A stretch of 64,000 nt of DNA from Candidatus Hydrogenedentota bacterium (GTDB lineage Bacteria > Hydrogenedentota > Hydrogenedentia > Hydrogenedentales > CAILVY01): the NCBI GenBank assembly GCA_903837785.1, contig CAILVY010000207.1, positions 802 through 64,801 of the forward strand, given 5' to 3'. Made by a program: the position numbers and the translations under genes. How positions within the stretch are numbered: position 1 is the first letter of the stretch; each line of letters opens with the position of its first letter. Below, piece by piece: positions 52,667 through 61,853 of the stretch. Below the pieces are notes generated by a model. That model made no database searches, was not told the DNA's origin, and worked only from the letters and a program-made list of their open reading frames with translations.

Positions 52667-54271
52667 ATGAATCGGCGTGCATTCATGCAGGGTGTCGCGG
52701 GTACCTTGGCGGCCACAGCGCTCGGAACCCGGGGAAGCGCCGGTGCGGAACCGGCCAAACCCGCGGGCAGGCGGCCCAACATCGTGGTCATTCTCGCCGA
52801 TGACATGGGTTTCTCCGACCTCGGCTGCTATGGCTCGGAGATTCAGACGCCAAACCTCGACGGCCTTGCGGCACAGGGACTCCGCTTCACGCAGGCGTAC
52901 TCCGCCGCGCGCTGCTGTCCCTCGCGCGCCGCGCTGCTCACGGGCCTTTACCCGCATCAGGCGGGCATGGGCGACATGGTCGGCACGGCGAAGAAGCCCC
53001 GGCCGGCCGGACCCTATCAAGGCTACCTCAACCGCCAGTGCGTGACGATTGCGGAAATGCTGCGCACGGCGGGTTACCGGACGTACATGTCGGGGAAATG
53101 GCACGTGGGCGAAGCACCCGAGTATTGGCCGCGCAAACGAGGGTTTGACCGCTACTTCGGCCTGATCAGCGGGGCCAGCTCCTACTTTGGGATTCGCGAG
53201 GAAGAGCGCAAGACCCGCATCATGGCCTGCGACGATACCCGCTTCGTGCCGGAGGGCGATCATTTCTACATGACCGACGCGTTCACGGATCATGCGGTCC
53301 AGTATCTTGAGGAGCATGGCCGTTCCGAGACGCCGTTCTTCCTCTATCTCGCGTACACCGCGCCGCACTGGCCGCTGCATGCATGGCCGGAAGACATCGA
53401 GCGGTACAAGGGTTCTTACCGCATCGGGTGGGACGCCCTCCGGGAGCAGCGCTACCGGCGCCAGCTCGACTTGGGCATCATCAACCCGAAATGGCCCTTG
53501 TCACCGCGCGATGAAGAGGTTCCGCCCTGGGACAGCGTCGAGAACAAGGACGACTGGGATCTGCGGATGGCGGTCTATGCGGCCATGATCAGCCGGATGG
53601 ATCGCGGCATTGGCCGGGTCTTGGAGACGCTGCACAAGCTCGGCGCGGACGAGAACACGCTCGTCCTCTTCATGTCCGACAACGGCGGGTGCCACGAGCG
53701 GATCGACCAGCGGAACCTCAACAAACCGGGCGCCAAGCCGGGCGAGCGGGACTCCTTCGTCGCGTACGAACGGCCGTGGGCCACGGCCAGCAACACTCCC
53801 TTCCGCCTTTTCAAGCATTGGGTGCACGAGGGGGGCATCGCATCGCCGCTCATCGCCCGCTGGCCAGGGCGTATTCGCGAGACCGGCGCGTTGACCCATC
53901 AGGTCAGCCACATCACCGACATCCTGCCCACCTGCCTCGACCTGGCCGGCATCGAGTATCCCGCCTCGTTTGAGGGCAATGCCATCACGCCACTGGCCGG
54001 AAAGAGCCTGCTTCCGGTTCTCGAAGGCAAGACCCGCGAGGCACATCAACGCCTGTTCTGGGAACATGAGAAGAACAAGGCCGTTCGCGAGGGACAATGG
54101 AAACTTGTGGCAACGGCCCGGGGCCAATGGGAGCTCTACGATCTCGAGGCCGACCGCACGGAACTCCACGACCTGGCGAAGCAACAGCCCGAGAAGGCCG
54201 CGGCGTTGCTGCAGGCTTGGGAGGATTGGGCGCGCCGCATCGGTGTTCAGATGGCGGGACAGGAGACTTGA
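52667..54271 (+). CDS. Arylsulfatase (formylglycine-dependent sulfatase, Tat signal)
   Basis: Tat motif (NRRAFMQG). The sulfatase signature CCPSRAALLTG (C-x-P-x-R) and GKWH are present. Length is 534 aa. Confidence 0.9.
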   Translation: MNRRAFMQGVAGTLAATALGTRGSAGAEPAKPAGRRPNIVVILADDMGFSDLGCYGSEIQTPNLDGLAAQGLRFTQAYSAARCCPSRAALLTGLYPHQAGMGDMVGTAKKPRPAGPYQGYLNRQCVTIAEMLRTAGYRTYMSGKWHVGEAPEYWPRKRGFDRYFGLISGASSYFGIREEERKTRIMACDDTRFVPEGDHFYMTDAFTDHAVQYLEEHGRSETPFFLYLAYTAPHWPLHAWPEDIERYKGSYRIGWDALREQRYRRQLDLGIINPKWPLSPRDEEVPPWDSVENKDDWDLRMAVYAAMISRMDRGIGRVLETLHKLGADENTLVLFMSDNGGCHERIDQRNLNKPGAKPGERDSFVAYERPWATASNTPFRLFKHWVHEGGIASPLIARWPGRIRETGALTHQVSHITDILPTCLDLAGIEYPASFEGNAITPLAGKSLLPVLEGKTREAHQRLFWEHEKNKAVREGQWKLVATARGQWELYDLEADRTELHDLAKQQPEKAAALLQAWEDWARRIGVQMAGQET

Positions 54272-54340
54272 CAGGTCCGCAATTCTCACAAACCGTTGGC
54301 TGATCACGCCTCCAGTTCGCTGCTCTTCCGCCCGAGCGGA

Positions 54341-54366
54341 CGCTTAAGGCGCACTCTTGCGCCTTA
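54341..54366. terminator. Perfect 11-bp-stem hairpin CTTAAGGCGCA-CTCT-TGCGCCTTAAG downstream of the sulfatase gene (intrinsic terminator-like, no T-tract)
   Basis: The inverted repeat is read directly. A second hairpin AGTAGAC-GCATGA-GTCTACT lies at ~54445-54464. Confidence 0.35.
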
Positions 54367-54673
54367 AGCTCACTTGCCCCGAGGCGACCCTGGTGTCTTC
54401 TGACCGGACTGGGGACGCCCGCGGCCTGCACCCGCAGGCCCAAAGTAGACGCATGAGTCTACTTTCAGCACCACTGCTTTCCACGGGCCTCCCCGCATCA
54501 CGAAGCGTTCCCGGGACCGGTCCGTAAGTCGCGGCACTCCGGCGAGTTATGCCGGAGAAGGCCGCTTTCTCAAGGTGCCATGGAGAGGCCGTCCCCGCCG
54601 CCCAAATGCCTGTCGCTGTGCAATGCCCGAAACGGAGGTGTGAAGCCGATGAGGCAAAAGCGAGGGCATCACA

Positions 54674-55936
54674 ATGGCAAGATGGCGGACATGGTTACCG
54701 GGCGGGCCGGGCAAGGGGCGCGCGCAACGCGCGGCGGGAAACACGTCTTCACCGGCGGGCGTGTTTCGGACGGCGTCGCGGGCGGAGGACATGACGGGGT
54801 TCGGCACGATGCTGGACGCGTTCGTGCCACTTCCGAACGCGACGCCGTTTGGCATGTTGCAGGTGTACCGGTTTCTGCGGGATGCGATTCCGGACATTTC
54901 AGACGCGGTGTGGACGTGGAAGCGGCTGTGCCAGACGGGCTTTGACGTCGAGGTGACGGAAGCGAGTTCGGAGGCCGCGTCGCGGCGTGCGGAGCGGCTG
55001 CTGACGGGCCTGAACGAGCGGGTGAACAGCGGCGACCGCGGGATGGACGGACTCCTCGACATCTTCTACACGTCTTTGTTCACGTATGGCGCCGCGGCGC
55101 TCGAGATCGTGCTCACTCAGAGCCGGGAATCGATTTGGGACGTGGTGCCGGTGGACGTGTGGACGGTGCGTTTCAAGCGGGAGTCGGGGCGGCTCCAAGC
55201 CTATCAGGTGCATGACGGGGAAACGATTCCATTGCCGATGGACCGGTTCATCTACGTGGGAATGGACCGGGACGGGACGAACCCCTATGGGCGGTCGATG
55301 CTGCGAAGCATTCCGTTCGTAGTGAAGATCCAGCAGCGGCTGATCGAGGACATGGCAAAGGCGACGCACAATGCCGGGTGGTCCAAGCTGCACGTGCAAT
55401 ACGTACCCGATGCGCGGGCGCGGGGAGAGTCGCAGGAACACTATCAGGCGCGGTTGGCCGGGAACTTCGAGTCGCTTCGCTCGAAGCTGACCGGACTGGA
55501 GACGGACCAGAACCTGGTGACGTACGACAACGTGAAGGTTTCGTTGTTGCGCGGGGACCAGCAGTCGCAGGTGTTTTACGGGAACCACAAGGCGATCGAG
55601 GAACAGGTGATCACGGGGATGCACCTGATGCCGATTCTCCTGGGCCGGAATTACGGGACGACGGAGACGTATGGCACGGCGCAATTCGAGATCGTGAACC
55701 GGCAGGTGGAGGCGGTAAACCGGAGTGTCCAGCGTATTCTGGAGCGCCTCTACAACTTCGAACTGGCGCTGATGTGGGGCGAAGCGAAGGCGCAGGTTCA
55801 CTTTCGCCACAACCGGACGGTGGACGTGTTGAAGGAGGCCCAGGCGCGATCAAAGGAAATCGAGAGCGCACTGCTCCTAAAGGACCGCGGCCTCATCGAC
55901 GCCAAGGAAGCCGCGAAGCGGCTGGGAGCGGTGTGA
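54674..55936 (+). CDS. Phage portal-like protein (call made from position and size; start uncertain, alternative ATG at 54791)
   Basis: A ~380-420-aa protein with a charged helical C-terminus lies immediately upstream of the scaffold/decoration/capsid genes. This is a synteny- and size-based call, not a motif-based one. Confidence 0.45.
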   Translation: MARWRTWLPGGPGKGRAQRAAGNTSSPAGVFRTASRAEDMTGFGTMLDAFVPLPNATPFGMLQVYRFLRDAIPDISDAVWTWKRLCQTGFDVEVTEASSEAASRRAERLLTGLNERVNSGDRGMDGLLDIFYTSLFTYGAAALEIVLTQSRESIWDVVPVDVWTVRFKRESGRLQAYQVHDGETIPLPMDRFIYVGMDRDGTNPYGRSMLRSIPFVVKIQQRLIEDMAKATHNAGWSKLHVQYVPDARARGESQEHYQARLAGNFESLRSKLTGLETDQNLVTYDNVKVSLLRGDQQSQVFYGNHKAIEEQVITGMHLMPILLGRNYGTTETYGTAQFEIVNRQVEAVNRSVQRILERLYNFELALMWGEAKAQVHFRHNRTVDVLKEAQARSKEIESALLLKDRGLIDAKEAAKRLGAV

Positions 55937-56286
55937 TGTTGCCTGCGGCGGCGATTACGGGAACCGGCAGCGTGCTACAGGAAATGCACGATGAGCCAGA
56001 ATGCGATCTCGCCCAGCGTGAGCACACTGAAGATCGTCAGCAGCTTCTTGTCCAGAGGCGAGCCACCCTCGAGCGCACGGGACCACAGCCAGCCAAAGGG
56101 GCGCGGCGCGTTGCAGCAGGGGGAGGATCTCTCCGAGTCGGGGACCGGCTGCATGCAGTCCGGGCGCAAGGGAGTTTCAAGCTCCCGGGTGACTTTCTCA
56201 ATGCCGTCGTTTCCCAGCATGTGTCGCGCCTTTGCCGTGCCGGCTCTGCCGTGCCTGAACGTGTCAACGACTCGATCTACACCTGA
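55936..56286 (+). CDS. Possible small ORF (116 aa) translationally coupled to the portal-like gene (gtgATGa overlap)
   Basis: ATG overlaps the portal-like stop. It fills the otherwise 390-nt gap. Composition is low-complexity and Arg/Ala-rich, so it may be spurious. Confidence 0.25.
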   Translation: MLPAAAITGTGSVLQEMHDEPECDLAQREHTEDRQQLLVQRRATLERTGPQPAKGARRVAAGGGSLRVGDRLHAVRAQGSFKLPGDFLNAVVSQHVSRLCRAGSAVPERVNDSIYT

Positions 56287-56326
56287 AACCGCGTGCGCAT
56301 TCGCACGCCAAGAAGAGGAGCGGAGT

Positions 56327-57367
56327 ATGAGCATGGAGCTTGAACCCTTTGTCTTCCGGCACGAGGGAACCGTAATCGGAATGCGGACGAATCCGGAGGC
56401 GGGGCCGGCGTCGGACGAGGAGGTGTTGCTGGCGGCGGTGAACCGTTTTGCGCTGCGGCCGCTGCGCCGGGATGAGTTCGCGGTGTTTTCGCTCGATTTG
56501 TGCCACAACCAGATCGACAAGCACTTCAGCCGATTCCCTGATGAGGAGCTGGAGAAGATTGACCGGATGACGCCGGGACGGCCGCTGATGGAACGGCATG
56601 ACCTGCGCGGTTCGCTGCCGCGCGGAACCTTCTTCCGCTCGCAGTTGCACCGGGACGAGGCACGGTTGGCGGTGCGGCCCGACGTCTATGTGCTGCGGAC
56701 GGCGGAGAACACGGATTTCATATTGAACATCGAGGGCGGCGTGTACCGGGAGACGTCGATCGGCTTTTCCTTCCGGCTGCCGGAATGCTCGATCTGCGGG
56801 AAGGACATCCGGACCTGCGATCACGTCCCCGGGCGGTCGTACGGGCAGCAACTCTGCTACTTCACGATGCGGGATGTGCTCGACGTCATCGAAGGCTCGG
56901 TGGTGCCTTCGGGATCGCAGGGCACGGGGTTTGTCACGCAGGAGCGCGCGCTGGCGTTGCCGGCGGCGCTCGAAGCGGCGCGCAAGGCGTATCACATGCC
57001 GATCGAAGTGCACGGCGGGGTGGAAGACGCACCGGAAGCGCGCGCGCTGCTCGAGGCGATGGAGGCGCACCGCCTGGCGCCGGGCCAGGTGGCGCAGGCG
57101 GTGGACGACGGCCTGGAAGCGCGGCGGCGGGCGGTGGAACGGTTTTGCGGGCTGGGACGGGAACTGGATGGGCTCGCGTTCGATGAGACGGTTTGGCGGC
57201 GGACACTTGAGCCGCTCACCCTTCGGGAAATTCACCGGCACTTGTCGGCGTATGAGATCCGCTTCGATCAGAAGTACCCGCCCCAGCCCGTATCGCGTCC
57301 GGAACCCCTTCCGGACAGCGGGCCAAAGGGGGTTTCGGAGAGAGCGATGGCGATTCTGCGGGCGTAG
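56327..57367 (+). CDS. Putative prohead scaffold/protease-like protein (lambda gpC/Nu3 position) with a Cys4-type zinc-ribbon-like cluster
   Basis: AAGAGGAG RBS. The C-terminus is helical and Ala/Glu/Arg-rich, so scaffold-like. A CSICGKDIRTCDH cluster is present. Assignment is by position only. Confidence 0.35.
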   Translation: MSMELEPFVFRHEGTVIGMRTNPEAGPASDEEVLLAAVNRFALRPLRRDEFAVFSLDLCHNQIDKHFSRFPDEELEKIDRMTPGRPLMERHDLRGSLPRGTFFRSQLHRDEARLAVRPDVYVLRTAENTDFILNIEGGVYRETSIGFSFRLPECSICGKDIRTCDHVPGRSYGQQLCYFTMRDVLDVIEGSVVPSGSQGTGFVTQERALALPAALEAARKAYHMPIEVHGGVEDAPEARALLEAMEAHRLAPGQVAQAVDDGLEARRRAVERFCGLGRELDGLAFDETVWRRTLEPLTLREIHRHLSAYEIRFDQKYPPQPVSRPEPLPDSGPKGVSERAMAILRA

Positions 57368-57431
57368 CGGCCGGCCACAAGGCCGGCACTCCGCGGAACC
57401 AGGCAGCAACAGCAACAAGAGGAGACACACG

Positions 57432-57812
57432 ATGGCATTCGGAGACGTGGGCGGAGCCGTGACGGAGTTGATCGTCACGTGCATGACGCCGGAACAGGGA
57501 TCGGTGAACATTCGCAAGGGCGACGCCCTCAAGCTCACCGGCGGGTACGAAATCAGCAATGTGACCGACGCGGAGGACGCGGTGTTCGGCCAGGCGATGG
57601 CGGACAGCGCGCTGAACGGCGCGGCCATTCCGGTGAAGGTGCGGGGGATCTGCATCTTCGCCTACACGGGCGATGCGCCCGTGGTGGACGGCGTGAAGGG
57701 CATCCTCGCGTCGGCAACCGACGGGAAGGTGAAGGCGCCCGCGGCGGGGAACGGCGCGGGCATCAATCTGATGGTGGACACGACGGCGGGCACGGTGAAC
57801 GTGCTGCTGTAA
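57432..57812 (+). CDS. DUF2190-like head decoration protein (lambda gpD position)
   Basis: A 126-aa Gly/Ala/Val-rich beta protein sits immediately upstream of the capsid gene. AGAGGAGAC RBS. Confidence 0.5.
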   Translation: MAFGDVGGAVTELIVTCMTPEQGSVNIRKGDALKLTGGYEISNVTDAEDAVFGQAMADSALNGAAIPVKVRGICIFAYTGDAPVVDGVKGILASATDGKVKAPAAGNGAGINLMVDTTAGTVNVLL

Positions 57813-57826
57813 GAAAGGAACGAACG

Positions 57827-58879
57827 ATGGTGTATGACAGCAGTCTGATGAAGGATCAGGCGCGCTTCCTGACGCAGCCGCAGGAGACGCTGCGCGCGAT
57901 GCGGGGGCGCGAACTGTACGAGACGCTCGGGTCGCTCGGGCTGAACCACACGCACTATTTCCGCGCGCTCGGCACGAACGTGCAGGATTACTGCGCGCAG
58001 GAGTTCGGGATCGACCTGGGTCGGATCACCGTGGAGCGCTTCTTCCAGTCGGACCCGGGCGCGAAATGGCTCTTTCCGGACGTGGTGCGGGAGGCGGTGG
58101 TCGCGGGAATGACCCGCAAGCCCGCGTATCCCAGGCTCATCATCCGGGACGAGCACATCTCGAGCGTGGCCTATGACGTGCCGTACGTGGAAGAGAACGA
58201 CGCGAACGAGGAACTGCGGCACGTGGCCGAGGGCGCGGCGATCCCGGAATCGGAGATCACGTATGGGGACCGCGTGGTGAAGCTGGAGAAACTGGGGCGG
58301 GGCGTCATCGCGTCCTACGAGGTGATCCGGCGGATGTCGGTGGACATGCTGCGCGTGCATCTGCAGCGCATCGGGGAGAATCTCGGCCGGAACCTGGACG
58401 CGCGGCTGGCCGCCGTGCTGGTGAACGGGGACAATTCCGGGGCCGGAACCGCCGCGGCGGTGCTGAACACGCACACGGCGAACACGTGGGCGTACCGCGA
58501 TCTCGTGGCGGGCTTCAACAAGCTCACGCTCGAGCATTACTTCACGCCGACGCACATGCTGGCGAACGCGGAGACGCTCGAAGCGATCCTCGACCTCGAC
58601 GAGATCAAGGACAGCGCGCTCTTTGATTTCGCCAAGACGGGCAACCTGCCGACGCCCCTCGGCGTGAATCTGGTGCCGATGGCGGATCAGCCGGCAAACC
58701 AGATCACGATTCTGGATGCGCAGTACGCGGTGCAGAAGCTGACCGAACAGGATCTGCTGGTGGAAAGCGACAAGCTCATCAACCAGCAGTGGGATCGCAC
58801 CTACCTGACGGTCGTCACGGACTTCGCGATTATCTACGCGAAGGCCCGAATCGTTCTGAACAGCGCCTGGCAGGCGTAG
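57827..58879 (+). CDS. Phage major capsid protein (lambda gpE-like / HK97-fold)
   Basis: The 350-aa protein sits at the gpE position after a decoration-like gene. The segment ...AIPESEITYGDRVVKLEKLGRGVIASYEVIRRMSVDMLRVHLQRIGENLGRNLDARLAAVLVNG... resembles capsid protein E-like families. Confidence 0.55.
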   Translation: MVYDSSLMKDQARFLTQPQETLRAMRGRELYETLGSLGLNHTHYFRALGTNVQDYCAQEFGIDLGRITVERFFQSDPGAKWLFPDVVREAVVAGMTRKPAYPRLIIRDEHISSVAYDVPYVEENDANEELRHVAEGAAIPESEITYGDRVVKLEKLGRGVIASYEVIRRMSVDMLRVHLQRIGENLGRNLDARLAAVLVNGDNSGAGTAAAVLNTHTANTWAYRDLVAGFNKLTLEHYFTPTHMLANAETLEAILDLDEIKDSALFDFAKTGNLPTPLGVNLVPMADQPANQITILDAQYAVQKLTEQDLLVESDKLINQQWDRTYLTVVTDFAIIYAKARIVLNSAWQA

Positions 58880-58952
58880 ACAGAAAGCGGGCGGGGGCGC
58901 GGGAACGCGCTCCCGCCGCAGCGCGGGAAACGCAATTAGGGAGGAGACAACG

Positions 58953-59372
58953 ATGGCTGCATTTACGACGGAGGATGCGGTTCGACTCGCGTTTCAGGTG
59001 AATGACAGCGGCTGGACGCCGACGGCACTCGTCCTGTCGAGCATCGATGAGGCCCATGAGGCCATTTTGCGCCGGCTGGACCCTGCGGCAGACACGCAGT
59101 CGCCCGCCGCAGGGCTGGTGCGCGGGGAAACGTTGTTGGCGGGAGCATGCCTGTTGCGCTCGCTGGCCTCCAAGGACGCGGTCCTTCAGAAGGACATCGT
59201 GATCGGCGGACAGCGCATCGAAACGGGACAACGCTTTGCCGCATTGATGGCGCTGAGCGCGAAGGTCGAGGAAGATGCATGGCAGACGCTCGAGCCCTTT
59301 CTCCTGGGTCCCGCCGGGCGCTGTCCTGCGTCGGTCACCGGCACAGTGCCGGTGTTGGGCGAGGGAGGATGA
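58953..59372 (+). CDS. Small phage-associated hypothetical protein (head completion/connector position)
   Basis: A 139-aa protein downstream of the capsid gene. ATGA overlap with the next gene. Confidence 0.35.
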   Translation: MAAFTTEDAVRLAFQVNDSGWTPTALVLSSIDEAHEAILRRLDPAADTQSPAAGLVRGETLLAGACLLRSLASKDAVLQKDIVIGGQRIETGQRFAALMALSAKVEEDAWQTLEPFLLGPAGRCPASVTGTVPVLGEGG

Positions 59373-60064
59373 CGGCCGTGGGGATCATGCTGGGCACCTA
59401 TGCGTTTGATGACGCGCGCACGACGGTCACGGAGAAATACGAGGAGGTGGGCGGACGCGACGCGCGGGTAGTGCAGATCAAGGGACTCCTGGACGGCCTC
59501 GCGTCGGTCGCGGAGCTGGAAGCGGCCCTGGACCAGATCCTCGCCCTGGCTTCTGAACAGGCGGAATGGACGCCGTTGTCCCTGCGGGAAGGGCGTTGGC
59601 TGCAGGTCCGCCGTACGGCGTTCGTCCGCGAGGTAAACCGCGGAGCGCTGGTGGGGAGCTTCACGCTGACTTTCGAGGCGTGCGATCCCTGTGAGACCGG
59701 CGAAGACGAGCGGGAGATTCCGTGGGCCATTACGGCCTCCGGGCAGAGCGTGGCATTGCCTGCGGCAGGAACGGCCGAGGCGCCGCTCCGCATCACCTTG
59801 CAGGCCAACGGCAACCTGCTCGAACCGGTGTTCAGCGACGGCGTGCGGCAGCTTCTGTATTGGGGCACGGTCCAGACGGGTCAAGTCCTGGTGCTGGACG
59901 GGGCCGCCGGATGTGCCTTGCTGAATGGCCAGGACGTAACGCCGTATACGCAAGGTCTGTTTCCGCGCGTGCGGCCCGGCGGGTCGGTGCTTCGGTACAC
60001 CGGCAGCGTGGGCAGCACCCATGCCGCGAGCGCCACCGTGGCCTACCGGGACAGGTGGTGGTAA
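59369..60064 (+). CDS. Phage-associated hypothetical protein, possibly distal-tail (Dit)-like
   Basis: A 231-aa protein. A weak resemblance to siphovirus Dit/Rcc01695-type proteins is seen (ELEAALDQILALASEQAEWTPLSLREGRWLQVRRTAF). Confidence 0.3.
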   Translation: MTAVGIMLGTYAFDDARTTVTEKYEEVGGRDARVVQIKGLLDGLASVAELEAALDQILALASEQAEWTPLSLREGRWLQVRRTAFVREVNRGALVGSFTLTFEACDPCETGEDEREIPWAITASGQSVALPAAGTAEAPLRITLQANGNLLEPVFSDGVRQLLYWGTVQTGQVLVLDGAAGCALLNGQDVTPYTQGLFPRVRPGGSVLRYTGSVGSTHAASATVAYRDRWW

Positions 60065-60066
60065 GC

Positions 60067-61806
60067 ATGGAATACACCATCGAGATCTACGACACCTGCG
60101 GGCGGCGCATGCGTGCCTATGCGCAGGCGCCCTTGCTGGATGTGGTGCGCGGGGGGCCGGACGCGCCGGATGTGGTGCGGGGCCTCCTGCCCAAGGAGAT
60201 CGCACAACTGGGCCACGCGTTTCGCGTGCGGGTGCTCGTAAACGGCGTGGCGCTGTGCGATGCCCGCGTTGACTTGACGAGCCCCTGGTGGAGCGACTCG
60301 GTCAAGCTTATTCTGGACAAGTACGTGCCGTTTCATGAGGTCGTCGAATTCGAGGCACACTGCTGCAAGGACGAACTGAACGGCTGGGTGTCCCAGGCGT
60401 ACGCGAACAAGGAAGTCAGCGCCATCGTGAAGGATGTGATCAACCGGGCGCCCGGTCCGGTCCATTACGGGGTGGCGCATACGGGATACCCGGAAGGGGC
60501 CTGGCGGGAGCACCTGAAATTCCTGGCACGGAAGACCGGGGACAATGAACTGGAGGTGGGGGGCAACTCGCGCGGGCAGTGGGTTGGCGCAGATCGCATC
60601 GATGCGAGCGGGGCGTATGCCAAGGATGGCGACACGATCGCGGGCATCAAGGTGGATGGGCAGCCGTGGCCGGATATCCGTTTGATGATGATTGACTCGG
60701 AAGAGTTGGAGCGAAACAGCCATGCCATCGCGCGGCATCCGGAGGTGGCCGGCTGGACCGACGCGCAATATGCCGCGAGCGGATACCGGCGGCTGGCGGA
60801 GGCCGCACGGGATCGGCTTCTTTACGAGATGGTCGTGCGCGGGATCGACTACATCGAACTCAACCCGCACAAGAATGCAGCCGGTGAATACGATGATCGC
60901 GTGGACCAATACGGCCGCTATCTTGCCCTCGTCTTCGGAGGTTCCGTGTGCTTCAACGCGGCCATGGTCGAACGCGGGCTGGCGGACGTGTACTTGTGGG
61001 AAGAGGGGCGCTACCACGCGCCGGAACTGGCGCTGAAGGAGTTCTACTCCTACGCCGGCGCAACAAAGGAGTCTATCGTGCCCACCGGGACGGCCCTGGG
61101 GAGCTTCGACGTGCGCAGCGGCGCGCTGGAAGTGATCACCGCCCTGGCCTACGCGGCCGGCGGCTACATCTTCTCCGTGGATGCGGACAGGACGGTGCAT
61201 TTTCGCCCTGCGGCCGCCGTGGATCGCGTCGTGTGCTTCGACCCGCTGCGGCACGGTGTGCAACTCGGCGCGCGCTCAGGCGCCCTCTGCAACGAAGTCT
61301 GGTTCCAGGGCAATCCGATGAGCTTCGTGGCAGGCGAACTATTCGCGCGGGAGGACAGCATCCGCGAATACGGCGTGCAGCGCCGGCAGCTTTCCTTCTT
61401 CTCGGTGTCGCGTTCGGACGACGCCGGGCGGATCCTGGACGGCCTGCTGGCGGACCTGGCGTATCCGGAGCCTTCGGGGTCCATCACGTTCTTCGGGGGA
61501 AAGCCCGAGCTACGCGTGGGCGAGATTGTGGAAGTGCGGGGCGCGCCGCTGCGCCGCCTGGAACCGGAGCTGGCCGGGGAATGGGACGGCCGCTTCACGG
61601 GAAAACTGGTGGGGCGCATCCGCTCGCTGCGGCACCGCTTCACCGGCGCACACCTGGAGACGGTGGCGTACCTGGGATCGCCCCTGCGATCGGTGGCAGA
61701 TCCGCTGGCCTTTCTGGTGCGGAGCCAGGAGCCCGCGGGCAATCTCTATGCGTTTCGGCTCGATGACGCGACTGTGGGACTGGATATGGGATTTCATCTG
61801 GACTAG
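60067..61806 (+). CDS. Phage-cluster protein carrying a complete staphylococcal-nuclease (SNase/thermonuclease)-like domain
   Basis: The central ~150 aa carry the SNase motifs DGDTIAGIKVDG...IRLMMIDSEELE...GRYLALVF...NAAMVERGLADVY. These follow the canonical order DGDT ... RL.GIDxPE ... YGR ... N..LV..GLA.VY. Unrelated N- and C-terminal domains flank the nuclease domain. Confidence 0.6.
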   Translation: MEYTIEIYDTCGRRMRAYAQAPLLDVVRGGPDAPDVVRGLLPKEIAQLGHAFRVRVLVNGVALCDARVDLTSPWWSDSVKLILDKYVPFHEVVEFEAHCCKDELNGWVSQAYANKEVSAIVKDVINRAPGPVHYGVAHTGYPEGAWREHLKFLARKTGDNELEVGGNSRGQWVGADRIDASGAYAKDGDTIAGIKVDGQPWPDIRLMMIDSEELERNSHAIARHPEVAGWTDAQYAASGYRRLAEAARDRLLYEMVVRGIDYIELNPHKNAAGEYDDRVDQYGRYLALVFGGSVCFNAAMVERGLADVYLWEEGRYHAPELALKEFYSYAGATKESIVPTGTALGSFDVRSGALEVITALAYAAGGYIFSVDADRTVHFRPAAAVDRVVCFDPLRHGVQLGARSGALCNEVWFQGNPMSFVAGELFAREDSIREYGVQRRQLSFFSVSRSDDAGRILDGLLADLAYPEPSGSITFFGGKPELRVGEIVEVRGAPLRRLEPELAGEWDGRFTGKLVGRIRSLRHRFTGAHLETVAYLGSPLRSVADPLAFLVRSQEPAGNLYAFRLDDATVGLDMGFHLD

Positions 61807-61853
61807 GCGCATGACGCGGCGTGCCGCAAGGGAACTACGAAGGAGACTGAGGC

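Noticed and set aside
54580-54945. 121-aa plus-strand ORF overlapping the start of the portal-like gene
   Set aside because: Gly/Arg-rich low-complexity product in a different frame from the conserved downstream protein, so likely spurious. It does make the true portal-like start (54674 versus 54791) uncertain.
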